Origin: an uncultured delta proteobacterium
GTDB lineage: Bacteria > Desulfobacterota > Desulfobacteria > Desulfobacterales > B30-G6
DNA: 64,000 nt
Assembly: GCA_963842925.1 (NCBI GenBank)
Contig: CAWJIL010000003.1
Span: 249,542 to 313,541, forward strand
Direction: 5' to 3'
Program-made: the position numbers and the translations under genes
Part shown: piece by piece, positions 1-9,501 of the stretch
Layout of the letters: each line of letters starts with the position of its first letter
Position numbering within the stretch: the stretch's first letter is position 1
Notes under the pieces: generated by a model
Databases searched by the model: none
Seen by the model: only the letters and a program-made list of their open reading frames with translations
What the model was told of the DNA's origin: nothing

Positions 1-1
1 T

Positions 2-949
2 GAGGGTATCTGGAACTCCGGTCGGGACGAAGGTCCCAATCTCGGTTACAAACCTCGCCACAAGGAAGGCTATTTTCCGGTTCCTCCCATGGATAAATTC
101 CAGGATCTTAGAACCGAAATGCTTCTGGTGCTGGAAGGTCTCGGCATCGAAATCGAAGCACAGCATCACGAGGTGGCCACGGCCGGGCAGTCGGAAATCG
201 ATATGCGTTTCAAACCTCTCCTGCAGATGTCGGATCAGCTCATGTGGTTCAAATATGTGCTGAAAAATGTAGCTTACAAAAACAACCACACGGTGACCTT
301 CATGCCCAAACCGATCTTCGAGGACAACGGAACCGGTATGCACACCCATCTCAGCATCTGGAAAGACGGCAATCCCTTGTTTGCCGGAGACAAATATGCC
401 GGTATATCACAGGAAGCACTTTGGGCTATCGGGGGTATTCTAAATCACGCCAGGGCAATCTGTGCCTTCTCCAATCCCACAACCAACTCTTATAAACGCC
501 TGGTACCGGGGTTTGAAGCGCCGGTCAACCTGGCCTATTCCAGCAGAAACAGAAGTGCGGCTGTGCGGATTCCCATGTACTCGTCCTCACCCAAGGCCAA
601 ACGCCTGGAATTCCGAACGCCGGATCCGTCCTGTAACGGATACCTCGCTTTTTCCGCCCTGCTCATGGCGGCCCTCGACGGTATTGAAAACAAGATGGAT
701 CCGGGAGATCCGCTCGACAAGAATATCTACAATCTTCCACCGGAAGAACTGGCTGACATCCCCTCAGCACCCGGTTCCTTGGACGAGGCGCTTGACGCGC
801 TGAAGCAGGATCAGGATTTTCTTAAAAAGGGTGATGTATTTACCCAGGATGCCATTGATATGTGGATTGACTACAAAATTGAAAACGAGGTCAATCCCGT
901 CAAATTGCGTCCCCATCCCCACGAGTTCTTTCTGTATTATGATATTTAA
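2..949 (+). CDS. glnA: Glutamine synthetase type I, C-terminal ~315 aa (5' end lies outside the window)
   Basis: The frame is open from base 2 (..[17 protein letters not shown]..) into the listed 286-aa ORF. It carries GS-I catalytic-domain motifs ([37 protein letters not shown]). A hairpin terminator follows. Confidence 0.93.
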   Translation, partial: EGIWNSGRDEGPNLGYKPRHKEGYFPVPPMDKFQDLRTEMLLVLEGLGIEIEAQHHEVATAGQSEIDMRFKPLLQMSDQLMWFKYVLKNVAYKNNHTVTFMPKPIFEDNGTGMHTHLSIWKDGNPLFAGDKYAGISQEALWAIGGILNHARAICAFSNPTTNSYKRLVPGFEAPVNLAYSSRNRSAAVRIPMYSSSPKAKRLEFRTPDPSCNGYLAFSALLMAALDGIENKMDPGDPLDKNIYNLPPEELADIPSAPGSLDEALDALKQDQDFLKKGDVFTQDAIDMWIDYKIENEVNPVKLRPHPHEFFLYYDI

Positions 950-959
950 ATCTAAAAAG

Positions 960-987
960 GTGGGGCCCTTCCGGTCCCACTCTTTTT
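960..987 (+). terminator. Rho-independent terminator after glnA
   Basis: gtggggcc/ggtcccac forms an 8-bp stem (one G-U pair) with a 5-nt loop, followed by tcttttt. Confidence 0.7.
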
Positions 988-1025
988 AAGTATGGATCAT
1001 CTCCAAAAAAGTTGATCCCTATTAA

Positions 1026-1437
1026 GGATTCAAGGATTCAAGGGGTCCAGGATTCGAGTGAGATGAGGTGGATCGCCGGCTAAATGTTTAAGAGATTTAT
1101 ATGAAGAAGGAAAAGCTTCAGGAATTAAGAGAGGAGCTCGGGGATGTAGAGAGAATGCTAAAAGCGATGATCAAATCCCTGGAGAACAAACACTTGAATC
1201 CTTGAACCGAAACAGCGAGTGCATTCCCCGTAGCTTGCTGCGGGGCTAGCGAGCGAATCAAACGTAGGCAAAATTCCTTACGGTCGAAGATTCCCTGCAG
1301 CTTGCTGCAGGGTACTCTTCAATCCTGGACTCTTTGTATGCTGGGATGCTAGGAGGCCTGGAAGCTGGGATGCTGCTGTCCGCTTGTAGCTGTCAGCCAC
1401 CCTCGAACCCTTGTATCACCCTTGGACCCTTGAACCC
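1026..1437. repeat. Mosaic modular repeat locus between glnA and gltB, containing a decayed four-helix-bundle gene cassette
   Basis: Modules ggattcaaggattcaaggggtccaggattcgag, gaaccgaaacagcgagtgcattcc..agcttgctg, tgctgggatgctaggaggcctggaagctgggatgctg and ccaccctcgaacccttgtatcacccttggacccttgaaccc. The same module order occurs in reverse complement at 44271-44570. Confidence 0.75.
1101..1205 (+). pseudogene. Remnant (C-terminal ~34 codons) of a four-helix-bundle protein gene (23S rRNA intervening-sequence protein / Avd-like family)
   Basis: Hand translation gives MKKEKLQELREELGDVERMLKAMIKSLENKHLNP*, which resembles the C-terminal helix of that family. The complementary N-terminal remnant is at 44342-44527. 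The upstream leader gagtgagatga(g/a)gtg is shared by both loci. Confidence 0.5.
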
Positions 1438-1488
1438 TTTCTCCCAACGAATTGGGAGAAGAACCTTAATTATTAACAGGTCTGAAAA

Positions 1489-4400
1489 ATGACATCTTTT
1501 ACAAGCACAAGATCAGGACATTTTCCACCCAGCCAGGGTTTGTATAATCCGATAAACGAACATGACGCCTGCGGAGTCGGGTTTGTTGCAAACATCAATG
1601 GTGAAAAAAGCCATGAAATTGTGCAAAACGGAATTAAAATCCTTGAAAACCTGCTTCATCGGGGTGCCGTGGGAGGTGATCTAACAACAGGGGATGGCGC
1701 AGGTATCCTTGTTCAAATTCCGCATGTTTTTTTTAAGAATACATGTCAACCGCTGCATATCGAATTGCCGGGCCAGGGGGAATACGGTGTGGGTATGATC
1801 TTTATGCCCCGGGATAAAGAACCTTTTCGGGAATTGACCCAAATAGTGGAAAAGACGGTTTCAGCTGAAGGTCTTGCGTTCATTGGCTGGCGCGAAGTTC
1901 CCGTGGATATGGATGCAATCCATGGCCAGGCCAGAGAGCAGCGGCCAAGCGTCATGCAGTGTTTCATTAAGGGTAAAAATATCGCCGGGTCATCCCTTGA
2001 ACGTAAGCTTTACATACTCAGAAGGGTTATTGAGAAAAAAACTGAAGCTATCCATATTGAAAAAGGGTGTTTTTATATTGCCAGCCTTTCCTGCAGAACG
2101 ATCATTTACAAGGGGCTTTTTACCGCACCCCAGCTTTCAGGATTTTACAAGGACCTGTCAAACAGCGCATTTGGCAGCGCGGTGGCTGTTGTGCACCAAC
2201 GATACAGCACGAACACCTTTCCCTCCTGGGAACTGGCACAACCATTTCGATATCTGGCCCATAACGGCGAGATAAATACCCTGCGTGGCAATCTCAACCA
2301 CATCCGTTCACGGGAATCTTCTCTAAAGTCAAGCCTGCTGGGAAGCGATATTCAAAAAACCCTTCCTGTTATCAACGAAAAAGGCAGTGATAGTTCATGT
2401 CTGGACAATATTCTGGAACATTTGGTGAGTGCCGGGCGTTCGCTTCCCCATGCCATGCTCATGCTTGTGCCGGAAGCCTGGGGGGACAAATATCCCATGG
2501 GACCGGACCTGCGCGGGTTCTTTGAATACCATGCCGGCATGATGGAGCCCTGGGACGGACCGGCGGCCATTGCATTTTCAGACGGAACCCAGACCGGCGC
2601 ACTACTGGACAGAAACGGCTTGCGTCCAGCCCGTTATACGGTCACCAAAAACGGCTTGATTGTTTTTGCTTCAGAAACCGGTGTACTGGAAATTCCCGAG
2701 AACGAAATTGTTGACAAAGGTGCTCTTCGGCCAGGTGAGATCATCCTGATTGATTTTAATGAGAAACGGCTTTTAAAAAATGGTGAAGTCAAAACCCTTT
2801 GTGCCAGAAAACAGCCTTACAGACGATGGGTGGATGAAAACAGGGTTTACCTCAGGGGGTTTTATTCGGATGTATCGGTTATCAAACCTGATTTGGAGAA
2901 CCTTCTCTTTACCCAAAGACTTTTCGGATATACACGGGAAGATCTTCAAATGATACTCGACCCCATGGCGACAACCGGGCAGGAACCTGTGGGATCCATG
3001 GGAACCGACACGCCCCTAGCCGTTCTTTCCGAGAAAAATCAACTGCTTTATAACTATTTCAAGCAACTTTTTGCCCAGGTCACCAACCCGCCAATTGACC
3101 CTGTTCGAGAAGAGTTGGTCATGTCCCTGATGACCTTTATCGGCAATGCGGGAAATATCTTATCGGAAATACCGCAAAACAGCCGTTTAATTAAACTGCA
3201 GCACCCCATACTTGCCAACGAAGATCTGAACCGTATCCAGCAACTTAATATTAAAGACTTTCGAAGTGTCAGCATTCCCATTGGTTTTCCTGCCCAAGGA
3301 GATGGACAGGCCCTTGAAAATGCGATTTCCGCCATATGCGATAGCGCCGAAGAAGCCATCGCCAATGGGAGCACGTTGATTATCCTGTCCGATCGGAACT
3401 TGCCCGAAGGACAGGCCCCGATCCCGGTGCTTTTAGCTGTTTCCGCCGTGAACAGGAGATTGGTTTTGGCAGGCGTCCGCACCGGTGCGGGTATCATTGT
3501 CGAAACGGGCGAAGCACGGGAAGTCATGCATATCGCACTTCTTCTGGGCTATGGGGCCACGGCTGTAAATCCCTATTTTGCCTTTGAAACCATTGCTGCC
3601 ATGGTGATAAAAAACCAGCTTTCTAAAAATCTCGGCATTGCGGAAGCAATCGAAAAATATATAAAGGCCCTCTGCAAAGGACTGCTTAAAACCATGTCCA
3701 AAATGGGAATATCCACATTGAGAAGTTATCGCAGTGCCCAGGTATTTCAAATCGTAGGTCTGAATAGAAGCGTCGCTGAGAAATATTTTACGGGGACAGC
3801 CTCTGATGTTGAAGGCATCGGTATGGATGAAATTGCAGCCGAAGCAAACCAGCGGTATCATTATGCAAAGAACCCGCCACCCACGTCGCCTGCCGTCCTT
3901 TCAAGTGGTGGGCACTACCGGCAACGATCAGATGGCGAACGCCATTTGTGGACTCCGGTGTCTGTGAGTACCTTACAGCAGGCAGCCAGGACGAATACCT
4001 ACCGTCTTTTCAAAGAGTATACAGGCTTGATCAACGATCAGTCCCGGAAGCAGTCCACCCTTCGGGGTCTGTTTAGGTTTAAAAAAACAACTCCTGTAGC
4101 TCTCCATGAAGTGGAGCCCGTAGAAAATATCTTGAAACGATTTGTCACCGGGGCCATGTCTTTTGGATCAATCAGCAAAGAGGCCCACGAAACAATCGCT
4201 ATTGCCATGAACCGTATTAAAGGAAAGAGCAATAGCGGTGAAGGGGGAGAAGATCCCATACGATACCAGCCGCTTGAAAATGGCGACAGCCGTTCAAGTG
4301 CCATCAAACAGGTGGCAAGCGGCCGGTTCGGGGTGACTGCAGAATATCTGGTAAATGCAAAAGAGCTCCAGATAAAAATTGCCCAGGGTGCCAAACCAGG

Positions 4401-6045
4401 AGAAGGAGGACAGCTCCCCGGACATAAGGTCAATAAAGAGATTGCCAGGGTCCGGCATTCAACCCCCGGTGTTACATTAATTTCACCGCCGCCTCACCAC
4501 GATATCTATTCCATCGAGGACCTGGCGCAACTTATTTTTGATTTGAAGAATATTAATCCCGATGCCCGTGTGTCCGTAAAACTTGTGTCTGAAACAGGGG
4601 TGGGCACCGTGGCTGCCGGAGTGGCAAAAGCCCATGCGGATGTGGTTTTGATTAGTGGATATGATGGTGGAACCGGTGCATCGCCCCTGTCTTCCATCCG
4701 GCATGCAGGCGCGCCCTGGGAGATTGGGCTGGCTGAAACACAACAAACACTGCTACTGAACAAACTTCGCAGCAGAATAAGAATTCAAGTCGATGGACAG
4801 ATAAAAACCGGTCGTGACGTGGTTATCGGAGCGTTGTTGGGGGCGGAAGAGTTTGGCTTTGCCACATCCATCCTGGTGACCATGGGATGTGTTTTAATGC
4901 GAAAGTGCCATAAAAATACCTGCCCGGTAGGTGTGGCGACACAAAATGCCCAACTTCGTAAACTATTTAAAGGAAAACCCGAGCACGTGGTTCATTTTCT
5001 GACAATGATTGCAAGGGATGTCCGAGAAATTATGGCCACCCTCGGTTTTTTAAAAATGGATGACATGATCGGACGGTCGGATCTGCTGGAAATGAATGAT
5101 GCCATCGATTTCTGGAAGTCAAAAGGACTGGATTTCTCAAAGATTTTATTCAACCCGGATCCGGAACATGAGATCGTCCGCCGTCAAGTAGAAAAGCAGC
5201 CTTGTGATACGGAAAATATTCTTGATCGACGGTTGCTAAAGCTTGCGGAACCAGCCATAAAGTCAAAAGTGCCGGTGGAGATCGTTCTGCCGATAAAAAA
5301 TGTAGACCGGACAGTGGGTGCTATGCTTTCCGGAGAGATTGCCAAAAAATACGGTAACAATGGCTTGCCGGGCAACACCATCACCTGCCGGTTCAAAGGT
5401 GCGGCCGGTCAAAGTTTTGGCGCCTTTGCCGCTAAGGGGCTGACGCTTTATTTAGAGGGTGAATCCAATGATTACCTTGGCAAAGGTCTTTCAGGGGCTA
5501 AAATCATCGTTACACCTTATGAAGGAGCTGATTTCAATCCTTCTGAAAACATCATTGCGGGAAATGTTCTTCTCTATGGTGCGACCAGTGGAGAGGTCTA
5601 TTTACAGGGAAAAGTTGGAGAACGGTTTGCCATCAGAAACAGCGGTGCCTATGCTGTCGTAGAAGGTGTTGGCGATCATGGATGCGAATATATGACAGGG
5701 GGAAGGGTGGTCGTTCTGGGCAGCACGGGCATCAATTTTGGTGCCGGCATGAGTGGCGGTCTTGCCTATGTCTATGACCCGCACCAGGAATTTGATGGTC
5801 GCTGTAATCTTGACATGGTGGACCTGGAGCTTGTAACTGATCTTCAGGATATTCATGAACTCAAAGAAATGATTACAAAACACCACGCGTATACCGCAAG
5901 CGAAAAATCAAAGCATATTTTATCCGAGTGGGAAAAATGTCTGCCCTTTTTTGTCAAGGTGTTTCCCATGGAGTATCGAAAGATTCTCGGTAAAATGAGC
6001 AAAGAAGATGAGGCAATAGAAAGACAAGAGGTTTGGCATGGGTAA
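1489..6045 (+). CDS. gltB: Glutamate synthase large subunit (1518 aa)
   Basis: N-terminal CGVGFVA amidotransferase start, an FMN/3Fe-4S central domain and a C-terminal GXGXG beta-helix region. It overlaps gltD by 8 nt. Confidence 0.97.
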   Translation: MTSFTSTRSGHFPPSQGLYNPINEHDACGVGFVANINGEKSHEIVQNGIKILENLLHRGAVGGDLTTGDGAGILVQIPHVFFKNTCQPLHIELPGQGEYGVGMIFMPRDKEPFRELTQIVEKTVSAEGLAFIGWREVPVDMDAIHGQAREQRPSVMQCFIKGKNIAGSSLERKLYILRRVIEKKTEAIHIEKGCFYIASLSCRTIIYKGLFTAPQLSGFYKDLSNSAFGSAVAVVHQRYSTNTFPSWELAQPFRYLAHNGEINTLRGNLNHIRSRESSLKSSLLGSDIQKTLPVINEKGSDSSCLDNILEHLVSAGRSLPHAMLMLVPEAWGDKYPMGPDLRGFFEYHAGMMEPWDGPAAIAFSDGTQTGALLDRNGLRPARYTVTKNGLIVFASETGVLEIPENEIVDKGALRPGEIILIDFNEKRLLKNGEVKTLCARKQPYRRWVDENRVYLRGFYSDVSVIKPDLENLLFTQRLFGYTREDLQMILDPMATTGQEPVGSMGTDTPLAVLSEKNQLLYNYFKQLFAQVTNPPIDPVREELVMSLMTFIGNAGNILSEIPQNSRLIKLQHPILANEDLNRIQQLNIKDFRSVSIPIGFPAQGDGQALENAISAICDSAEEAIANGSTLIILSDRNLPEGQAPIPVLLAVSAVNRRLVLAGVRTGAGIIVETGEAREVMHIALLLGYGATAVNPYFAFETIAAMVIKNQLSKNLGIAEAIEKYIKALCKGLLKTMSKMGISTLRSYRSAQVFQIVGLNRSVAEKYFTGTASDVEGIGMDEIAAEANQRYHYAKNPPPTSPAVLSSGGHYRQRSDGERHLWTPVSVSTLQQAARTNTYRLFKEYTGLINDQSRKQSTLRGLFRFKKTTPVALHEVEPVENILKRFVTGAMSFGSISKEAHETIAIAMNRIKGKSNSGEGGEDPIRYQPLENGDSRSSAIKQVASGRFGVTAEYLVNAKELQIKIAQGAKPGEGGQLPGHKVNKEIARVRHSTPGVTLISPPPHHDIYSIEDLAQLIFDLKNINPDARVSVKLVSETGVGTVAAGVAKAHADVVLISGYDGGTGASPLSSIRHAGAPWEIGLAETQQTLLLNKLRSRIRIQVDGQIKTGRDVVIGALLGAEEFGFATSILVTMGCVLMRKCHKNTCPVGVATQNAQLRKLFKGKPEHVVHFLTMIARDVREIMATLGFLKMDDMIGRSDLLEMNDAIDFWKSKGLDFSKILFNPDPEHEIVRRQVEKQPCDTENILDRRLLKLAEPAIKSKVPVEIVLPIKNVDRTVGAMLSGEIAKKYGNNGLPGNTITCRFKGAAGQSFGAFAAKGLTLYLEGESNDYLGKGLSGAKIIVTPYEGADFNPSENIIAGNVLLYGATSGEVYLQGKVGERFAIRNSGAYAVVEGVGDHGCEYMTGGRVVVLGSTGINFGAGMSGGLAYVYDPHQEFDGRCNLDMVDLELVTDLQDIHELKEMITKHHAYTASEKSKHILSEWEKCLPFFVKVFPMEYRKILGKMSKEDEAIERQEVWHG

Positions 6046-7471
6046 AGATACAGGGTTTTTGGAATATTGCCGGAAAGATCCGGGTTATCGTCCGAAAGAG
6101 GAGCGTCTCAAGGATTTTAAAGCAGTCGATCTTGTGCTGGATGAAAAAGCCATAATTGAACAGGCCGCAAGATGCATGGACTGCGGAATCCCTTTTTGTC
6201 ACGCGTATGGATGCCCAATATCAAATATTATTCCGGAATTTAATGATCTTGTGTACAGAGGCCAATGGCAGGAAGCACTGGATATTTTGTGTTCAACCAA
6301 TAATTTTCCAGAATTTACCGGGCGTCTTTGCCCGGCCACCTGTGAAGCCGCCTGTGTTGCAGGCATCAACACAGAACCGGTGACCATCAGACAGATTGAG
6401 CTTGCCGTTATTGAAAAAGGCTTTGAAAAAGGCTTGATACAGCCAAATCCTCCGGACACCTATTTTAATGAAAGCGTTGCGGTTGTCGGCTCCGGTCCGG
6501 CCGGTCTGGCAGCAGCAGACACCTTAAACAAATCCGGCTATCATGTGACTGTCTATGACGATGCCCTTCATCCCGGCGGTATACTCAGGTATGGAATACC
6601 GGACTTTAAGATGGAAAAAAAGATTGTGGAACGTCGAATCAATCTGATGAAAGATGAAGGTGTCGTATTTGAAACAGATGTATGCGTTGGTACGGATATC
6701 TCTTTTAGATATCTCAAAAAACATTTTGAGGCCGTCTGTCTTGCCTGTGGTTCCAGGCAACCCAGGGATCTGCCCATACCCGGACGGGATCTTTCAGGGA
6801 TTGTGTTTGCCATGGATTATTTGATTCAGCAAAATAAAAGAATCATCAATGACAGTGATAAACAGGCACCTTCCATAACCGCTTCCGGTAAGTCGGTGGT
6901 GGTGATTGGCGGTGGTGATACGGGCTCGGATTGTCTTGGAACGGCACTGAGGCAGGGTGCAAAAAATGTTTTTCAACTTGAAATAATGCCCAGCCCCCCC
7001 CTTGAAAGACCGGATTCAACACCCTGGCCTGGGTGGCCCATGATCCTTCGGGAATCCCATGCCCACAAAGAAGGCGGTCAGAGAAAATGGGCTGTAACGA
7101 CCAAAACCTTTATGGGAGAAAAGGGGGCCGTTAAAAAACTTCTTTGCGCCGAAATAGAGTGGATAACCGGAACAAACAATGCAATGACACCAAAAGAAAA
7201 ACCAGGTACCGAATTTCAGATAGAAGCGGATCTCGTCATTCTTGCCATGGGATTTGTCGGGCCTGGAAACAGCACGCTGATTGAAAATTTTCAATTAACA
7301 CTGGACAAGAGAGGGCATATCAACGCAAACCGGACGATGATGACCAATGTGGACGGTATTTTTGTTGCCGGCGACATGACAAACGGTCAGTCTCTTGTTG
7401 TTCATGCGATTGCGTCTGGAAGAAAGGCGGCACACAGCATCATTGCGTATTTGCAAAACAGGCGGGAATAA
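6038..7471 (+). CDS. gltD: Glutamate synthase small subunit (NAD(P)H-dependent)
   Basis: CMDCGIPFC and CPATCEAAC Fe-S motifs, a VAVVGSGPAGLAAA dinucleotide fold, and translational coupling to gltB. Confidence 0.95.
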   Translation: MGKDTGFLEYCRKDPGYRPKEERLKDFKAVDLVLDEKAIIEQAARCMDCGIPFCHAYGCPISNIIPEFNDLVYRGQWQEALDILCSTNNFPEFTGRLCPATCEAACVAGINTEPVTIRQIELAVIEKGFEKGLIQPNPPDTYFNESVAVVGSGPAGLAAADTLNKSGYHVTVYDDALHPGGILRYGIPDFKMEKKIVERRINLMKDEGVVFETDVCVGTDISFRYLKKHFEAVCLACGSRQPRDLPIPGRDLSGIVFAMDYLIQQNKRIINDSDKQAPSITASGKSVVVIGGGDTGSDCLGTALRQGAKNVFQLEIMPSPPLERPDSTPWPGWPMILRESHAHKEGGQRKWAVTTKTFMGEKGAVKKLLCAEIEWITGTNNAMTPKEKPGTEFQIEADLVILAMGFVGPGNSTLIENFQLTLDKRGHINANRTMMTNVDGIFVAGDMTNGQSLVVHAIASGRKAAHSIIAYLQNRRE

Positions 7472-7601
7472 TACCTGCGGTTTCAGGCTGAAATAGCTTG
7501 TGCCGGAACCGATCAGGTTCACAAAATGTTCAGACTAAATTAGCAGATATGCAAACGGGGAGAGGATAAAATGATAAACGTAATTGCATCGATATATATT
7601 C

Positions 7602-8207
7602 ATGATTAAAATAATCTTATTTGATTTAGGTGGTGTACTGGTCGAGTTGACCGGCGTGCCCATCATGCTTAAATGGACAAAGCATCGGTATGATGAAGCA
7701 TCGCTTTGGGAAGCATGGCTCAACTCCCCTGCTGTTCGTTCCTTTGAGAAAGGTTACTCAAGCCCCGAGCAATTTGCGGATGCATTAATCAGGGAAATGG
7801 ATTTACCGGTAGGAAAAGATGAATTTATTCAAAGATTTAAGGAATGGCCAAGAGGATTGTTTCCCGGTGTATTGGGTCTCATGGAAAGCCTGAAAAACAG
7901 GTATACCCTTGCCTGTTTAAGCAATTCCAATGTCTTGCACTGGCCGATTCTCATGAAAAACATGGGACTCGAGGAAATGTTTCAATACCATTTCGCCTCT
8001 CACCTCATACATAAGGTTAAACCGGATCGAGAATCGTTTGAATATGTTTTTAAACATATCGGGTGCAAAGCTTCTTCAGTTCTCTTTCTGGATGATAATG
8101 ACATCAATGTAAAAAGTGCCAGAGAAATCGGAATGACTGCATACAGAGTTGCGGGTGCCGGGGACATTGCGCACGCCTTTAAACAGTCCGGGATACGCTT
8201 GGGTTAA
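7602..8207 (+). CDS. HAD-superfamily hydrolase (subfamily IA-like)
   Basis: IILFDLGGVLV motif I and LSNSN and DDN motifs. The ATG at 7602 is preferred over the TTG at 7584. Confidence 0.8.
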   Translation: MIKIILFDLGGVLVELTGVPIMLKWTKHRYDEASLWEAWLNSPAVRSFEKGYSSPEQFADALIREMDLPVGKDEFIQRFKEWPRGLFPGVLGLMESLKNRYTLACLSNSNVLHWPILMKNMGLEEMFQYHFASHLIHKVKPDRESFEYVFKHIGCKASSVLFLDDNDINVKSAREIGMTAYRVAGAGDIAHAFKQSGIRLG

Positions 8208-8488
8208 TCCTCATAGGTGGTGATGACAACATCAGCCGCCTTTTCCCTGAGAGCGATCAGTGACTGATATTTTTCGGAATGATACCAATCCTTGAGCGTG
8301 GGATAGTCAATAAATTCGATTACGACGACACGATCGTGTTCATGTTTGCCCGCAAGAATCGAAACAAGCTGTCCTCTGAAAATAATCTTAGATTCATAGG
8401 AAGAAAGTGATTCTCGAACACCTGCCACATAGGCCTGCCAAAGCTCACCATTTTTTACTGAAATATGACCAATTAGATATGCAGACAT
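8204..8488 (-). CDS. DUF1330-like small protein
   Basis: A 94-aa ORF with the typical pattern (YLIGHISVKN..W..Y...V....Y......RG). It is convergent with the HAD gene. Confidence 0.7.
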   Translation of the reverse strand: MSAYLIGHISVKNGELWQAYVAGVRESLSSYESKIIFRGQLVSILAGKHEHDRVVVIEFIDYPTLKDWYHSEKYQSLIALREKAADVVITTYED

Positions 8489-8619
8489 TTGTTTCTCCTA
8501 TAAATTGGCGCGCTTAGTTTCATTTTAGTAGATTGATATCTTGTGTAAATGATGTCATATCAAAAGCAGGATACCCTATACCCAAAGATTCACATATCAT
8601 ATCAACCGCAGGAGACAAC

Positions 8620-8964
8620 ATGTCAGAAGATATCATCGAAAAATTTCAGAAAGAACGGAAAACCCTGAACGATCTTGTCATGCAATACGCGGGTCTCGGT
8701 ACCAAACGCTTTTACAGTCTGGACTCCCAGGCCTACCGTGAAGGGGCCCTGCCGGTTAAGACAAAGGAATTGCTGGGTCTTGTGGCATCCTTTGTCCTGC
8801 GCTGCGATGACTGCATCAAATACCATGTTATCCGCTGCCACGAGGAAGGCGTCACGGATGCAGAATTCGAAGAGGCTCTGTGCATCGGTCTGCTGGTGGG
8901 CGGCTCCATCACCATCCCCCACCAACGTCGAGCATTTCAGGCCTGGGAAGCAGTTTCGAAATAA
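8620..8964 (+). CDS. Carboxymuconolactone decarboxylase / AhpD-like family protein
   Basis: CDDCIKYH (CxxC..H) core motif. aggag lies upstream of the ATG at 8620, and the ORF-track start at 8533 lacks an RBS. Confidence 0.8.
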   Translation: MSEDIIEKFQKERKTLNDLVMQYAGLGTKRFYSLDSQAYREGALPVKTKELLGLVASFVLRCDDCIKYHVIRCHEEGVTDAEFEEALCIGLLVGGSITIPHQRRAFQAWEAVSK

Positions 8965-8990
8965 AATCGCTGCACGATTTTATTTCGAAA
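8954..8990. repeat. Perfect 16-bp-stem hairpin overlapping the stop codon of the AhpD-like gene
   Basis: tttcgaaataaaatcg / cgattttatttcgaaa with loop ctgca. The core AATAAAATCG..CGATTTTATT recurs at 38253-38280. Confidence 0.8.
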
Positions 8991-9043
8991 GTCATTTACA
9001 CTTCGTGTGTCAATTAGTCCTGCGGGCGATATTAAGCCTGCGG

Positions 9044-9496
9044 CTGTCATTTGCGCTTCGCGCGGCATTTATTGTTGCTAAGGGCATGGAGCTTACTTAA
9101 AACTTAACACCTCAACTTTCGGGTTTCACCAAAGATAGAGCGAAATGGGTGATCCAATGGCGATTTGCGCTGTTTGAGCCGTTTAGGGCACCTTACATCA
9201 GCGCATGACAATGGACAATCCAATATGAAAACATGGTCATTTATCAGCCATTCCTGTTTAACATTATGGCCAGCGCTGATGTTAGGTGCCCTTGCGGCGA
9301 GTTCGCAAAGCGCCAGGGGATTATTCGTTTCGCGTTCGCTGAACCCCGAAAGTTGAATTAACACCTAAAACCATTTATGATTCCCTCGAACCCTGTATAG
9401 ACATTTAGGTGTTTAGGCTGTAGACTATTAGGTGCCTTTCGCTCATGGCTGTCAGCTACCCTTGTATCACCCTTGAACCCTCGAACCCTCAAACCC
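9044..9496. repeat. Mosaic repeat locus interrupted by a MITE-like element
   Basis: It contains a degenerate copy of the ctgtcatttg..gcgcttcgcgcg.catttattgttgc module, the taggtgtttaggctgtagactattaggtgcc module and gctgtcagctacccttgtatcacccttgaaccctcgaaccc. Confidence 0.7.
9112..9357. mobile_element. MITE-like non-autonomous element (~246 bp)
   Basis: Terminal inverted repeats caactttcgggtttcacc / gctgaaccccgaaagttg match at 16 of 18 positions. It is flanked by the direct 9-mer ttaacacct (9103-9111 and 9358-9366). The interior is a long imperfect palindrome (ggcaccttacatcagcgc / gcgctgatgttaggtgcc). A related terminus fragment lies at 54905-54948. Confidence 0.55.
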
Positions 9497-9501
9497 TGCT
9501 C

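Noticed and set aside
9104-9364. 86-aa minus-strand ORF (and a 63-aa plus-strand ORF) as a small protein gene.
   Set aside because: Both lie exactly within the palindromic MITE-like element. There is no RBS and no recognisable family, and the mirrored ORFs on both strands are explained by the palindrome.
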